Origin: Octopus bimaculoides
Taxonomy: Eukaryota
Length of the DNA stretch: 64,000 bases
NCBI RefSeq assembly: GCF_001194135.2
Contig: NC_068993.1
Location: 20,842,570 to 20,906,569 of the forward strand
Direction: 5' to 3'
Each line of letters starts with the position of its first letter. Position 1 is the first letter of the stretch. The position numbers were made by a program, and so were the translations under genes. Below the pieces are notes generated by a model, which saw nothing but the letters and a program-made list of their open reading frames with translations, ran no database searches and was not told the origin of the DNA. Below, piece after piece: positions 53,401-64,000 of the stretch.

Positions 53401-53925
53401 AGACATTTTCAAAGTACATTTACCGGATATTGACAAATTGTGTGGATTACTCTAAGACAGGACAAAGTATACAAAGTGAGTATCAGGTAGGAACTGCCAG
53501 AATATTCTTTAATATACTTTTCATATATGAATCCCCGGTCATGCTTTTGTTATTTCATGATTGTGTCTTTGTGTTCGGTGGCGGAGACGAGGTTATTTTA
53601 GGTGTCTCTGTTCACTGATACATTTGGTAGAGAAGTAGGTGTCCGGTGGATTTCCCTTTTATAATAGTTGAGGAGGCAGACGAATACTCAGCGTGATAAT
53701 TTTCTTTTCTTTTTTTCTCTTTTGTTTTTTTAACCATCTCCATTAGCTTTGAAGGCTTATAGTTGTCACTGTCAATAGGGATACATTTTTTTAGGCACTG
53801 GTAGTGGAAGGGAGAGCAAGAGAGCAAGAAAGAGAGAGAAAAGAGAGAAAAAAGAGAAAAGAGAGAGAGAGAGAGAGAGAGAAATAGATAGATAAATAGA
53901 TAGACCGATATAATGAGAGAAAAAG

Positions 53926-53962
<37 letters not shown>

Positions 53963-53974
53963 GAGAGACTGAGG

Positions 53975-55315
53975 TGGTATGGGATCATATTCCCGCTAAT
54001 ACGTTATACTACAGCAATTTTTTGCACGGGTTCAATCCCTCTTGTGGATCTAGTTCAAAACGGGGGCACCAGTTTTCATTTATGTTTTATGTTGTGTTTT
54101 TGGTACCGAAAGACTTTCAAACTTCGTATACTTATCTATTTTGTGTTATAGAACAGAAAAAATTTTTTGTATTCGAAGTTATTTCATGTAAAAAATTGTC
54201 TTATTTCGATAATTTCAACCAATCACTGACAAGTATTCAGCTGTTTATAGTTACTCCTTTGGCAGTTTAAGCGGTNNNNNNNNNNNNNNNNNNNNNNNNN
54301 NNNNNNNNNNNNNNNNNNNNNNNNNNNNNNNNNNNNNNNNNNNNNNNNNNNNNNNNNNNNNNNNNNNNNNNNNNNNNNNNNNNNNNNNNNNNNNNNNNNN
54401 NNNNNNNNNNNNNNNNNNNNNNNNNNNNNNNNNNNNNNNNNNNNNNNNNNNNNNNNNNNNNNNNNNNNNNNNNNNNNNNNNNNNNNNNNNNNNNNNNNNN
54501 NNNNNNNNNNNNNNNNNNNNNNNNNNNNNNNNNNNNNNNNNNNAATAATTTTATCACCGCCAGAATCGTTTGAGAATCGTTTGTTTACGTAGTCAGCACT
54601 TACTGTATTCGGCTGAATGGACGTCAGTCATTGGTTGAAATTACAGAAATACGACAACTTTAACATGAAATAAGTTGCATTATAATAATTTTTCTTAAGA
54701 AGACTAAGAGAAAAAGATGTTTTATATGACACATTCAACCAGTGTCCCAAGTTTCAAAGTGTTTCGTTAAGAAAATACTGGCGCCCCCGTTTTGAACTAG
54801 ATCCCCTCTTGTTTTCAAGTGATGACGGTGGTAATGGGGCCCCCACCGGTACCCTCTGATGGGGGCAATGACATTGGATCAATGGTCTCTTTGTGATCCT
54901 TGCAGAGTCTATACAGCGCTGGAATGTCGTTATTTGTGGCCTGGAAGTTGTTGGCCGTGCGCTCCTTTGCTCCCAGGATGTTTGGCCACATCATGATGTG
55001 AATATTGAGGATCTTTTCTCTCTCCTCATACACTTGTTCTGTTGTTTCCCCCCATGTTGGGGATGTGGGGCTGCATTGTAGTTCGGCAGGCTGTCTGTCG
55101 ACATTCTGCCGAACTTGTCCGTAGAGAAGCACTCAACTTCCCTACTTTTTGTGCGCTGTGAGTTTGTGCAGGCCAAATGTCCTATCAAGTTGTTGTGCAT
55201 CTCTCCTAATCTGTATTCTAGGGTACTGTTTAAGTTTTGTACCAGCTATGGTGAATTGCGCTTCTATTCCGTCTGTCGTGGGATACACACTCTTTTGTTG
55301 AAACTTAGGATTGTC
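53975..55315 (-). mobile_element. Penelope-like element RT N-terminal fragment, interrupted by the 54046 MITE
   Basis: STDKFGRM, ERTANNFQATNNDIPALYRLCKDHK (PxLYGLPKxHK motif); IEPV appears to resume on the far side of the MITE. Confidence 0.65.
54046..54804. mobile_element. Second copy of the Merlin-like MITE (centre hidden by gap)
   Basis: Perfect TIRs GGATCTAGTTCAAAACGGGGGC / GCCCCCGTTTTGAACTAGATCC. TSD CCTCTTGT at 54038-54045 and 54805-54812. The body is collinear with 4660-5239. Confidence 0.9.
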
Positions 55316-55393
55316 AGATAAATGCGACTTATATCGTACAACTTATCACATGGAGTGAAAAATAGTGTGTGAAGGGAGTTCGTGTCATTTATA

Positions 55394-55713
55394 CCTGGGT
55401 GCTACAATGCAGAGTGGTCCAGTACGCGCACCCGCGCACCCGCGCGTCCGCGCTAGCTAGTCGTGAGTGGTCGAACCTACAAAAATTGCGCGCGCGCGAG
55501 TGCGCTTGTGCAAATGAATACGTGTTTAGGGTTAGGGTTAGGGTTAGGGTTAGGGATAGGGTTAGGGATAGGGATAGGGTTAGGGATAGGGTAAGGGTTA
55601 GGGTTAGGGTTAGGGATAGGGTAAGGGTTAGGATCGACCACTCACGACTAGCTAGCGCGGACGCGCGACTGCGCGACTGCGCGTTCGGGACCACTCTGCT
55701 TTAGTAGAACCGG
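55394..55713. mobile_element. GC-rich MITE-like element with internal TTAGGG-type array
   Basis: Imperfect TIRs CCTGGGTGCTACAATGCAGAGTGGTCC / GGACCACTCTGCTTTAGTAGAACCGG flanked by TA. Perfect 34-bp internal inverted repeat at 55441-55474 / 55634-55667. TTAGGG/ATAGGG/TAAGGG array at about 55527-55632. Confidence 0.75.
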
Positions 55714-57006
55714 TATCATTAGTTTTCTCGTGCGTATATTTGCTTATATACACGTGTGTACTTACGTTTTTGATGAGCATAACTCTAGACACAGTTGCAT
55801 ATACATGCACGCACGCATGTGTTATCTACTTGTAAATACACTCACATACACATACTGGCGCGAAAAGACCTAGATTATTTTTCATATCCTTCTCTCTTCA
55901 CTCCCGCTTATACACTTTTCTTTCCCCCATTTCTATCACATATCGTATTTCTCCACTTTAAACTATTTAAACTCACTGGTTACGTCCCTTACTTATTTCC
56001 TATATACTTTCTCCTTCCATTTATTATCCTGTATTTATTTCACCATAAACTTGCGATTCCAACTTCAAATCTCTTTTATTCTTCGTCTTTCACGTTGATT
56101 GCTTATTCGCCACTTCTTTCTCTCCATCTTCTCCACCATCCACTTTCAATTTTTGTTTCTTCATTTTTTTAAATAATATATTTGTTTATTTCTTGCAGTG
56201 TTTTCTTTGTTCTGTGTTTTTTTTCTATGCTCTTTCTTTCCTCCTTTCCTTCCTTCCTTCTGTATTGCACTTATTTTTCGTTTCCTTCGTTCTCTTTCCT
56301 CTTTTCTTCATTTCATCACGCTTTTTTTTGTCTTTGTTCTATCTATATTTCTTTTGTTAGAGAGATAGATAGATATCTCTCTAGTCTAACTTCTTTCTGT
56401 ACTCCCTCTCTATCATCGTATCCTTTCTCTATCTTATTCTTATCTGTATGCATTTCTCTCTATTCGCTTCTCTTTCTACTCCTCTTTCTACTCCTCTTTC
56501 CTTTCCTCTCTATGTCACACTGTCCGTCTGCATCTCAATATGTCCGCCATCCTCTCTCTCTCTCTATCTGTCTGCTTGAGATTTTATATTCTTTCTTGCA
56601 TATTTCTTGCTTTTCCTTATTTCTTCTTTGTTCTCTCTTCTGCCTTTTTATGCTTCGCACCCTCTCCCTCCTCTTTCTCCCATTCTCTACCCCACCTCTC
56701 TCTCTGCCCCTTTCTCTCAACACTTCATTAATTATTCTACTTAAATATCTATCCGTTTTTCATCACACCCACTCTTTGTTACAGTCTTTCTGTCTCTCTG
56801 CTTCTCTCTCTCTCTCTCTCTCATTCTGTCTCCATCTCTATTCTCGAAACTCTGTTGCTGTCACTGTACATTTGTCTGCCTAACCATGTGTCCATCTGTC
56901 TGTTTCCCCGTCTTCTTGTCTATTCATCAGTCCATATGTCTATCCCTTTATCTCTTTGTTCCTATATCCCCCACTTCTCCCCTACTTCTGTATTTGTGTG
57001 TATACA

Positions 57007-57045
<39 letters not shown>

Positions 57046-57054
57046 GCACATTAT

Positions 57055-57300
57055 CTTTTACTCGTGTCAGTCATTAGACTACAGCCATGCTTTGGCACTG
57101 TTTTGAAGAGTATAGTTGAACACATCGACCCAGTATGTTTCCACGTCTGGTAGGCATGGCTGTGTGGTTAAGAAACCTGTTTTGTAACCACATGTTTTAG
57201 GGTTCAGTCCCACCTAGCGTCTTGGGCAAGTGTCTTCTACTATTGATCCGAGCCGACCATCACTTTGCAAATTTAATTTGGTAGAAGGAGAGTGGAAGCC
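57055..57300. mobile_element. Two family C fragments in opposite orientation
   Basis: 3' end on minus at 57055-57135; 5' half on plus at 57150-57300. Confidence 0.65.
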
Positions 57301-57679
57301 ACGAATGAACTGGTTACATCACCAAGGTACCTTGCATCTGGGGCCCCTTAACCACCAAGAAGAGTTGCATTGCAGACAGTGTCACAAAATGTGACAGCGG
57401 TGGAGTGCTCAGGAGTTATGACCTGGATGCGGCCCAGCCTCATCACAGTATAAGAGTTAAGCGCCAAACACTTGCATGATATGGGTTTCTTCTCTGAAGA
57501 ACCTCTGCTGTTCTTCACTCGTTTATTACTGTTTTTGTTCTTTTATTTTAACTCATGTCCATTGTCCGAAAATCTTTCGTCACACATCTGTGACCTCTTC
57601 AGCGACAATTTTCGTTTTCGTGTGTGCTCTTACACCACTTTCTCCATTCTGCTCTTTTATGATTTTATATTTCTGAATT

Positions 57680-57841
57680 CTTTATGTATGTATGTATGTA
57701 TGTATATATGTATGTATGTATGTATTATGTATGTATGTATGTATGTATGTATGTATGTATGTACGTATGTATGTATTATGCATGTATGTATCAATCTATC
57801 TTTCTCTCTCTCTCTTTCCCTCTCTGTCTCTATCTATGTGC

Positions 57842-57873
<32 letters not shown>

Positions 57874-58366
57874 ATCCATATTTATATATATATGTGTGAG
57901 TATGTGTGTGTGTGAGTGTATGTGTGTATATGAGTGTGTCTGTAAGTGTGTGTGTGTGTGTGTGTGTGTCTGTAAGTGTGTGTGTATGTCTGTAAGTGTA
58001 TATGTGTGTGCGCGCGTGTGTATACAATTGTCTCTCCGTCCCTCTGTCTATATGTCTCTATCTGCCTGTCTGTCATTTTCTCAGACTCTTAGGTTTTTAC
58101 CCCCTCTCTTACTGTTCATTTATCTACCTTTACCCCTTTTCACTCTCCCTGCTACCCTTTCCTCCACACCTCTCTTTCTCATTCGCAGACAACACACGCA
58201 CGCACACACACACATACACACACACACACACACACACAGACTCACACACTTATAGACATACACACACTCTTACAGACCCCGCCACACAACACACACAAGC
58301 ACAAACATACACTTACGCTTCTATACTTTCTCATTCCTTTACACATACTCAACAGCATACACATTT

Positions 58367-58406
<40 letters not shown>

Positions 58407-58445
58407 ACACGCACACATACACATACACGTATACACACACATGCG
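57680..58445. repeat. Compound TATG/TG/CA microsatellite block
   Basis: Read directly from the sequence. Confidence 0.95.
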
Positions 58446-59002
58446 TGAGCAGCGTGCACACTCCTTCTTCCCCTAATTACGCAAACATAACTGAAACGCT
58501 AGCCCCTTTCCTAAGACACCAGCGATGGCCTACGTCAGCAGAAATCAGTTCAGAAAATGAAATAAATGTCTATGTTATGACAGAAAAAGAATTCTAACTT
58601 TTCGAGCAAGATATTCCTACAAGAAGTTTATGATGTTGTTGCTGCTCTTGTCGAGGTTGTTGCTTGTGTTTAAGCCCATAAAAGCTATGTTTGAGCAGAT
58701 CGTTGGAGAAAAGCATCCCATCTGGGACCATCCTGTCTTTTCTTATGTGTTGGGAATCTGTGATTACATTATGGAACGTGTCCTTTTCTTAAAGAGTGTG
58801 GTAATTTGAGGAGTAGTTGGTTCTATTTCTAGCAGCTCAGTTACCGCATAAAATACGCTATCCTGAAGTTGTTGTTGATAGTAATGACTTTGATCTAACA
58901 GCCCTATGATAAAAAGCCCGTTACATCAAACCATCACAATCCCGCCTTTTATCAGTGTGTAAGTAAACCAGAAACGTTATCTACGTGTAGTGTGATCTAC
59001 CG

Positions 59003-59384
59003 TGTTGTTGTTGGCATTCCGTCGCTTACGACGTCGAGGGTTCTAGTTGATCCGATCAACGGAACAGCCTGCTCGTGAAATTAACGTGCAAGTGGCTGAG
59101 CACTCCACAGACACGTGTACCCTTAACGTAGCTCTCGGAGATATTCAACGTCACACAGTCTGACAAGGCTGACCCTTTGAATTACAGGCACAACAGAAAC
59201 AGGAAGTAAGAGTGAGAGAAAGTTGTGGTGAAAGAGTACAGCAGGGTTCGCCACCATCCCTTGTCGGAGCCTCGTGGAGCTTTAGGTGTTTTCGCCCAAT
59301 AAACACTCCCCGGTCTGGGAATCGAAACCGCGATTCTATGACCGCGAGTCCGCTGCCCTAACCACTGGGCCATTGCGCCTCCAC
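59003..59384 (-). mobile_element. SINE family A, full length
   Basis: Near-identical to other family A copies; flanks carry repeated GTGTAGTGTGATCT (TSD-like). Confidence 0.9.
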
Positions 59385-59424
59385 TCTAACGTGTAGTGTT
59401 TGATCTAATGTGTAGTGTGATCTG

Positions 59425-59697
59425 TTCTTGGGTAAGACACTTTATTTCTCGTTGTTGCAGTTCACTCAGCTGTAGAAATCAATTGTGACACCATTAGTGC
59501 TAAGCTGTAACGACCTTTGCCTTTCCCTTGGATAACATCGGTGGCATGAAGAGGGGAGGCTGGTATGCATGGGGGACTGCTGGTCTTCCATAAACAACCT
59601 TGCTTGACTTGTGCCTCGGAGGGTAACTGTCTAAGTGCAATCCCATGGTCATTCATGACCGAAGGTGGTCTCTACCCTTTTAGTGCAATCTGAGGGA
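59425..59697 (+). mobile_element. Headless CORE-like SINE with a third tail type
   Basis: TTGGGTAAGACACTTTATTT...AGTTCACTCAGCTGTAGAAAT followed by a tail not seen in the other copies. Confidence 0.55.
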
Positions 59698-59757
59698 TTT
59701 TTGGCGGCTATTTCTAGTAGGTTTGGCGTGCTGTCATTGCTAAAATGGAGGAGAAAT

Positions 59758-59846
59758 ATTGGTTTCAAATTTTGGCAAAAGGCCAGCAATTTCGATTGAG
59801 TGGTACGTCGATTATATTGACCTCAGTCCTCATTTTATCGACCCAT
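59758..59846 (-). mobile_element. Family B SINE 3' end, cut by gap
   Basis: TATTGGTTTCAAATTTTGGCAAAAGGCCAGCAATTTC. Confidence 0.7.
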
Positions 59847-61668
59847 NNNNNNNNNNNNNNNNNNNNNNNNNNNNNNNNNNNNNNNNNNNNNNNNNNNNNN
59901 NNNNNNNNNNNNNNNNNNNNNNNNNNNNNNNNNNNNNNNNNNNNNNNNNNNNNNNNNNNNNNNNNNNNNNNNNNNNNNNNNNNNNNNNNNNNNNNNNNNN
60001 NNNNNNNNNNNNNNNNNNNNNNNNNNNNNNNNNNNNNNNNNNNNNNNNNNNNNNNNNNNNNNNNNNNNNNNNNNNNNNNNNNNNNNNNNNNNNNNNNNNN
60101 NNNNNNNNNNNNNNNNNNNNNNNNNNNNNNNNNNNNNNNNNNNNNNNNNNNNNNNNNNNNNNNNNNNNNNNNNNNNNNNNNNNNNNNNNNNNNNNNNNNN
60201 NNNNNNNNNNNNNNNNNNNNNNNNNNNNNNNNNNNNNNNNNNNNNNNNNNNNNNNNNNNNNNNNNNNNNNNNNNNNNNNNNNNNNNNNNNNNNNNNNNNN
60301 NNNNNNNNNNNNNNNNNNNNNNNNNNNNNNNNNNNNNNNNNNNNNNNNNNNNNNNNNNNNNNNNNNNNNNNNNNNNNNNNNNNNNNNNNNNNNNNNNNNN
60401 NNNNNNNNNNNNNNNNNNNNNNNNNNNNNNNNNNNNNNNNNNNNNNNNNNNNNNNNNNNNNNNNNNNNNNNNNNNNNNNNNNNNNNNNNNNNNNNNNNNN
60501 NNNNNNNNNNNNNNNNNNNNNNNNNNNNNNNNNNNNNNNNNNNNNNNNNNNNNNNNNNNNNNNNNNNNNNNNNNNNNNNNNNNNNNNNNNNNNNNNNNNN
60601 NNNNNNNNNNNNNNNNNNNNNNNNNNNNNNNNNNNNNNNNNNNNNNNNNNNNNNNNNNNNNNNNNNNNNNNNNNNNNNNNNNNNNNNNNNNNNNNNNNNN
60701 NNNNNNNNNNNNNNNNNNNNNNNNNNNNNNNNNNNNNNNNNNNNNNNNNNNNNNNNNNNNNNNNNNNNNNNNNNNNAAAAAAAAACAAATAAATACGTAA
60801 ATAAATCTAGAATTTCAAAACTGTGATTGGTTTGTAAAGCATCTACGCATTAGCAAAAACAGGAACGAATTTTAAAACATCCGGAATTTTGGTTTGAATA
60901 TGCGCAGAAGGGATGAGGGAAAGTAAATGTTCTTTTTTAAACTGAAATTTTAGAAGATTTTTTTTTTTTTTTTCAGAATCAAAATCTCGACTTTTTTTAA
61001 AATTCATTTTTGTTTTTACTACCTTGAATTCAAGGAATAACTCAATTTCGGGAAAATGTGCAAAACAGAAATAGTGAGCGAAGGTGGTGGAACAGAAATT
61101 TTGAAGAAATGATGTTAGTTTTGGGAGGATGGTGGCGAGTGGAAAATCGGAACTTCCGAATTTCCGTTGTTGAAAATGTAGGCATCCGAGGTGAAAATAA
61201 AATTTTAAAAAATCGGGTGCTATTCCAACACCTATATCTACCTTCCTGTTTTGCACAAACTCAGGCTGATTTAAGCCATGTGAGGAACATTGGATAGACG
61301 AATACTGTGTGGAGGTTCATCGGATGCATTTACCAATAATTCAATGAACCACTTATTCTGTTTTAGAATTAAGCTGAGGATACACGCTTGTATGGATTAC
61401 TCAGCCAATTATCGTCGAAACTGACAGAAAGCCATTTATTTTATTCCTGTCAACATAACTGTAGCAGAACCATCTCCAATGCTACTACTCCCATTACCAT
61501 CAATGTCAATATTACCGACATAACCATTGCTACCAACCAGGGAGTTTCTACGTGGCTGCTCAGTGTGCAAGAAATACCAACCAGGTTCACCTGTTGCGAT
61601 ACAAGAGGAAGAACATATAGGAATGATGTTATGAATACAGTGTGTCTACCAAAATAAATAAATAAATA

Positions 61669-61805
61669 GGCTTCCTAACCACATAGTTCCGATTTTGGTC
61701 CCACTGCGTGAAACTTGGGCAACTGTCTTCTGCTATAGCCTCAGGCCGATCAATCCTTTGTGACAGGATTTGGTACAAGAAAACTGAAAGAAGGCTATCG
61801 TATAT
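61669..61805 (+). mobile_element. SINE family C 5' half
   Basis: CTTCCTAACCACATAGTTCC...GTCCCACTGCGTG...CTATAGCCTCAGGCCGA. Confidence 0.75.
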
Positions 61806-62040
61806 GGAAAGAGGAAAGAGGACATTGCACAATATATTAGTGGGCTTCAAGCGCAGAGCAAAACAATGTTAAAAAGACAGGGTGAACGCTGCAGAGAGGC
61901 ATTTGATTATAAATTGTTCCATTAAGACTGACCTTGTATTAAACAACAACAATAACAAAATAAGACAACGATCCATCAAGTGATACTGTTCGTGGTCACT
62001 TGACCTTCTGAAAATAGCAGCCAAATTTTACTTAAATACC

Positions 62041-62225
62041 GTTTACATTGGTTGGACTGGTGTCCAAATCTTGATTGTTGCTTTCACTACGTTTCGGCTG
62101 GTATACCACCAGCCTTCATCAGGTGTCTTGTGATTCGCCTTATTGCCTTGCCTGGGATTGAACTCAGAGCGTCTAGGTGACTGCACTGAATTAATCAGTG
62201 CCTTTATCCACTAAGCTATGCCCAC
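62041..62225 (-). mobile_element. tRNA-headed SINE-like element carrying a hammerhead ribozyme, nested in a family D repeat
   Basis: Head GTGGGCA-TAGCTTAGTGG (A box)...GTTCAATCC (B box) lies upstream of the hammerhead. The host repeat landmarks CAGCCAAAT to AAATAACAAC are 341 bp apart here versus 167 bp in the uninterrupted copy at 62898-63065. Confidence 0.65.
62085..62125 (-). ncRNA. Minimal type-I hammerhead ribozyme motif (Penelope-associated type)
   Basis: Minus strand reads CAC-CUGAUGA-A-GGCUGGU(GGUAU)ACCAGCC-GAAAC-GUA-GUG. It has the full catalytic core, a 7-bp stem II, a 3-bp stem I (CAC/GUG), a palindromic ACGU stem III with no loop, and a GUA cleavage triplet. Confidence 0.8.
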
Positions 62226-62424
62226 AGTAACTTATGTAAGCAGTGTACATAAGAACATTGTAATTGTAGATGCAAGATAATAAGGGAAAAAATATGAGAG
62301 GGCCATTATTGGAATGCCTTCGATCAAGGGTCTGCTAAATCAGAGTTGACTTGGGGCTAAATAACAACAGCACAACAACAACACTAACAATGGCAATAAT
62401 ACAATTATCACTTTCTCCGCCATT

Positions 62425-62812
62425 TGTTGTTGTTGGCACTCCGTCGCTTACGACGTCAAGGGTTCCAGTTGATCCGATCAACGGAACAGCCTGCTCGTGA
62501 AATTAACGTGCAAGTGGCTGAGCACTCCACAGACACGTGTACCCTTAACGTAGTTCTCGGGGATATTCAGCGTGACACAGTGTGACAAGGCTGACCCTTT
62601 GAATTACAGGCACAACAGAAACAGGAAGAAAGAGTGAGAGAAAGTTGTGGTGCAAGAGTACAGCAGGGTTCGACACCATCCCCTGCCGGAGCCTCGTGGA
62701 GCTTTAGGTGTTTTCGCTCAATAAACACTCACAACGCCCGGTCTGGGAATCGAAATCGCGATCCTATGACCACGAGTCCGCTGCCCTAACCACTGGGCCA
62801 TTGCGCCTCCAC
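62425..62812 (-). mobile_element. SINE family A, full length
   Basis: Near-identical to other family A copies; degenerate 11-bp TSD TCTCCGCCATT / TGTCCACCATT. Confidence 0.92.
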
Positions 62813-62884
62813 TGTCCACCATTAAGAATATTGCTATTAAGCCAATGTGGGTTTTGATCATGAGGTTTTATACTCTCGGTTACA

Positions 62885-63098
62885 CTCCCAGAAATAACAG
62901 CCAAATCTCCTCAAGTTCCACCCCACCAATCATTTACAAACTAGATAAAACATATCAGGTAATGTAACCCATTTTTGAAGTTAAAAATAAAAAAAGTTAT
63001 GTAGGTCAGGGCGGTGGAAATGTCTTCGATGTGAGGTTTACTCAACCAGGGCTGGCTAGTGGTTAAATAACAACAACAACAACAGCAACAACAACAAC
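62885..63098. mobile_element. Interspersed repeat family D with (AAC)n end
   Basis: GAAATAACAGCCAAATCTCC...AAATAACAACAAC. Related diverged copies lie near 5920-6110, 30140-30330, 58650-58860 and 61997-62385. Confidence 0.6.
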
Positions 63099-63512
63099 TG
63101 CACGAACGAATCTAAACTGTGTCAAGACCCCCCCATCTACCCTATGAGTATCCAGAGATAACACCACTTCCACTATCAACCCCCATCAGCCATCACCTTC
63201 ACCGCCACCACTTCTAATGTAATTATGGCCGCACATCTTTCAGCCACTAACAAAATGACCCCCACCCGTTTTACCCTTTTTCTGCACCCACCTCATCCAC
63301 CCATTTCTATCTTAATCATAGTTTCCTGTTTGAATATCTCACCCAGATGTTCAATTCCTTGTACATACATACATNNNNNNNNNNATTAGCCACACAGGGC
63401 TCAACACAGAGGGGACAAGGTACAAAGTAGAGCTCTTTGGTGGGTAAGGGGGGTAGGGAAAAAATGGGGGAGTAGGGGGTAGATTTTCGATCAAAAGGGA
63501 AAAGGGGATCGT

Positions 63513-63567
<55 letters not shown>

Positions 63568-63597
63568 NNNNNNNNNNNNNNNNNNNNNNNNNNNNNN

Positions 63598-63645
<48 letters not shown>

Positions 63646-63759
63646 AAGGCGACCAATAGGGATCTGATTTTTTATTACTCATGCGGGCTAACATAGAGGG
63701 GACAATACAATGTGATTGGGGTCACATACAATCGAATGATATAAAATTTTCATGTACAA

Positions 63760-64000
63760 TGAAATCGAATGAATTACAACACAATAAATTACAAGCAATA
63801 AATTACAAACAATAAATCACACGATGAGGCGTTCAAAACAGGTATGCTCCGACCCCGTGAGCCCTGTCTTTAGCACTCAATCGTGCTCACGTAGGGTCTT
63901 TCACCCCCAACATGCGTGCTACACGCATCCATCGTTTTTTAAAATCACTCTCTGACAAACACCTCTTTTCCAGCCCCACCTTCCTTTTCAAGTGAAAAGT
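63760..64000 (-). mobile_element. L1/Tx1-type ORF2 C-terminus plus 3' UTR (runs off window)
   Basis: Minus strand FHLKRKVGLEKRCLSESDFKKRWMRVARMLGVKDPT*; same motif as 39520-39990. Confidence 0.6.

Noticed and set aside
56182-56883. 233-aa hydrophobic ORF resembling a membrane protein
   Set aside because: It derives from a pyrimidine-rich low-complexity tract with F/L/S bias and no ATG context or motif.
62145-62225. Functional tRNA gene (likewise the heads of families A-C)
   Set aside because: There is no acceptor-stem pairing or canonical anticodon loop, and the sequence continues into element body.

Overview
Gappy draft-assembly window of AT-rich, microsatellite-saturated animal DNA. The repeat repertoire looks like an octopod cephalopod; this is an inference from the SINE and microsatellite types. 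I see no intact host protein-coding gene, and nearly all tracked ORFs are artefacts of N-gaps or simple repeats. The window is a transposon graveyard containing: three mariner remnants (one weakly decayed); a DD37D/maT transposase pseudogene; an internally deleted piggyBac with both TIRs and TTAA TSDs; two copies of a GG-terminal, 8-bp-TSD (Merlin-like) MITE, one showing a central telomere-repeat palindrome; a second MITE carrying a TTAGGG array; L1/Tx1-type ORF1 and ORF2-end fragments; RTE, Penelope-like and restriction-like-endonuclease LINE fragments; and dozens of tRNA-derived SINEs from several modular families (called A-D here). The most unusual item is a ~180-bp minus-strand insert at 62041-62225. 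In it, an intact Pol III A/B-box tRNA-like head runs directly into a complete minimal type-I hammerhead ribozyme of the Penelope-associated, palindromic-stem-III kind.
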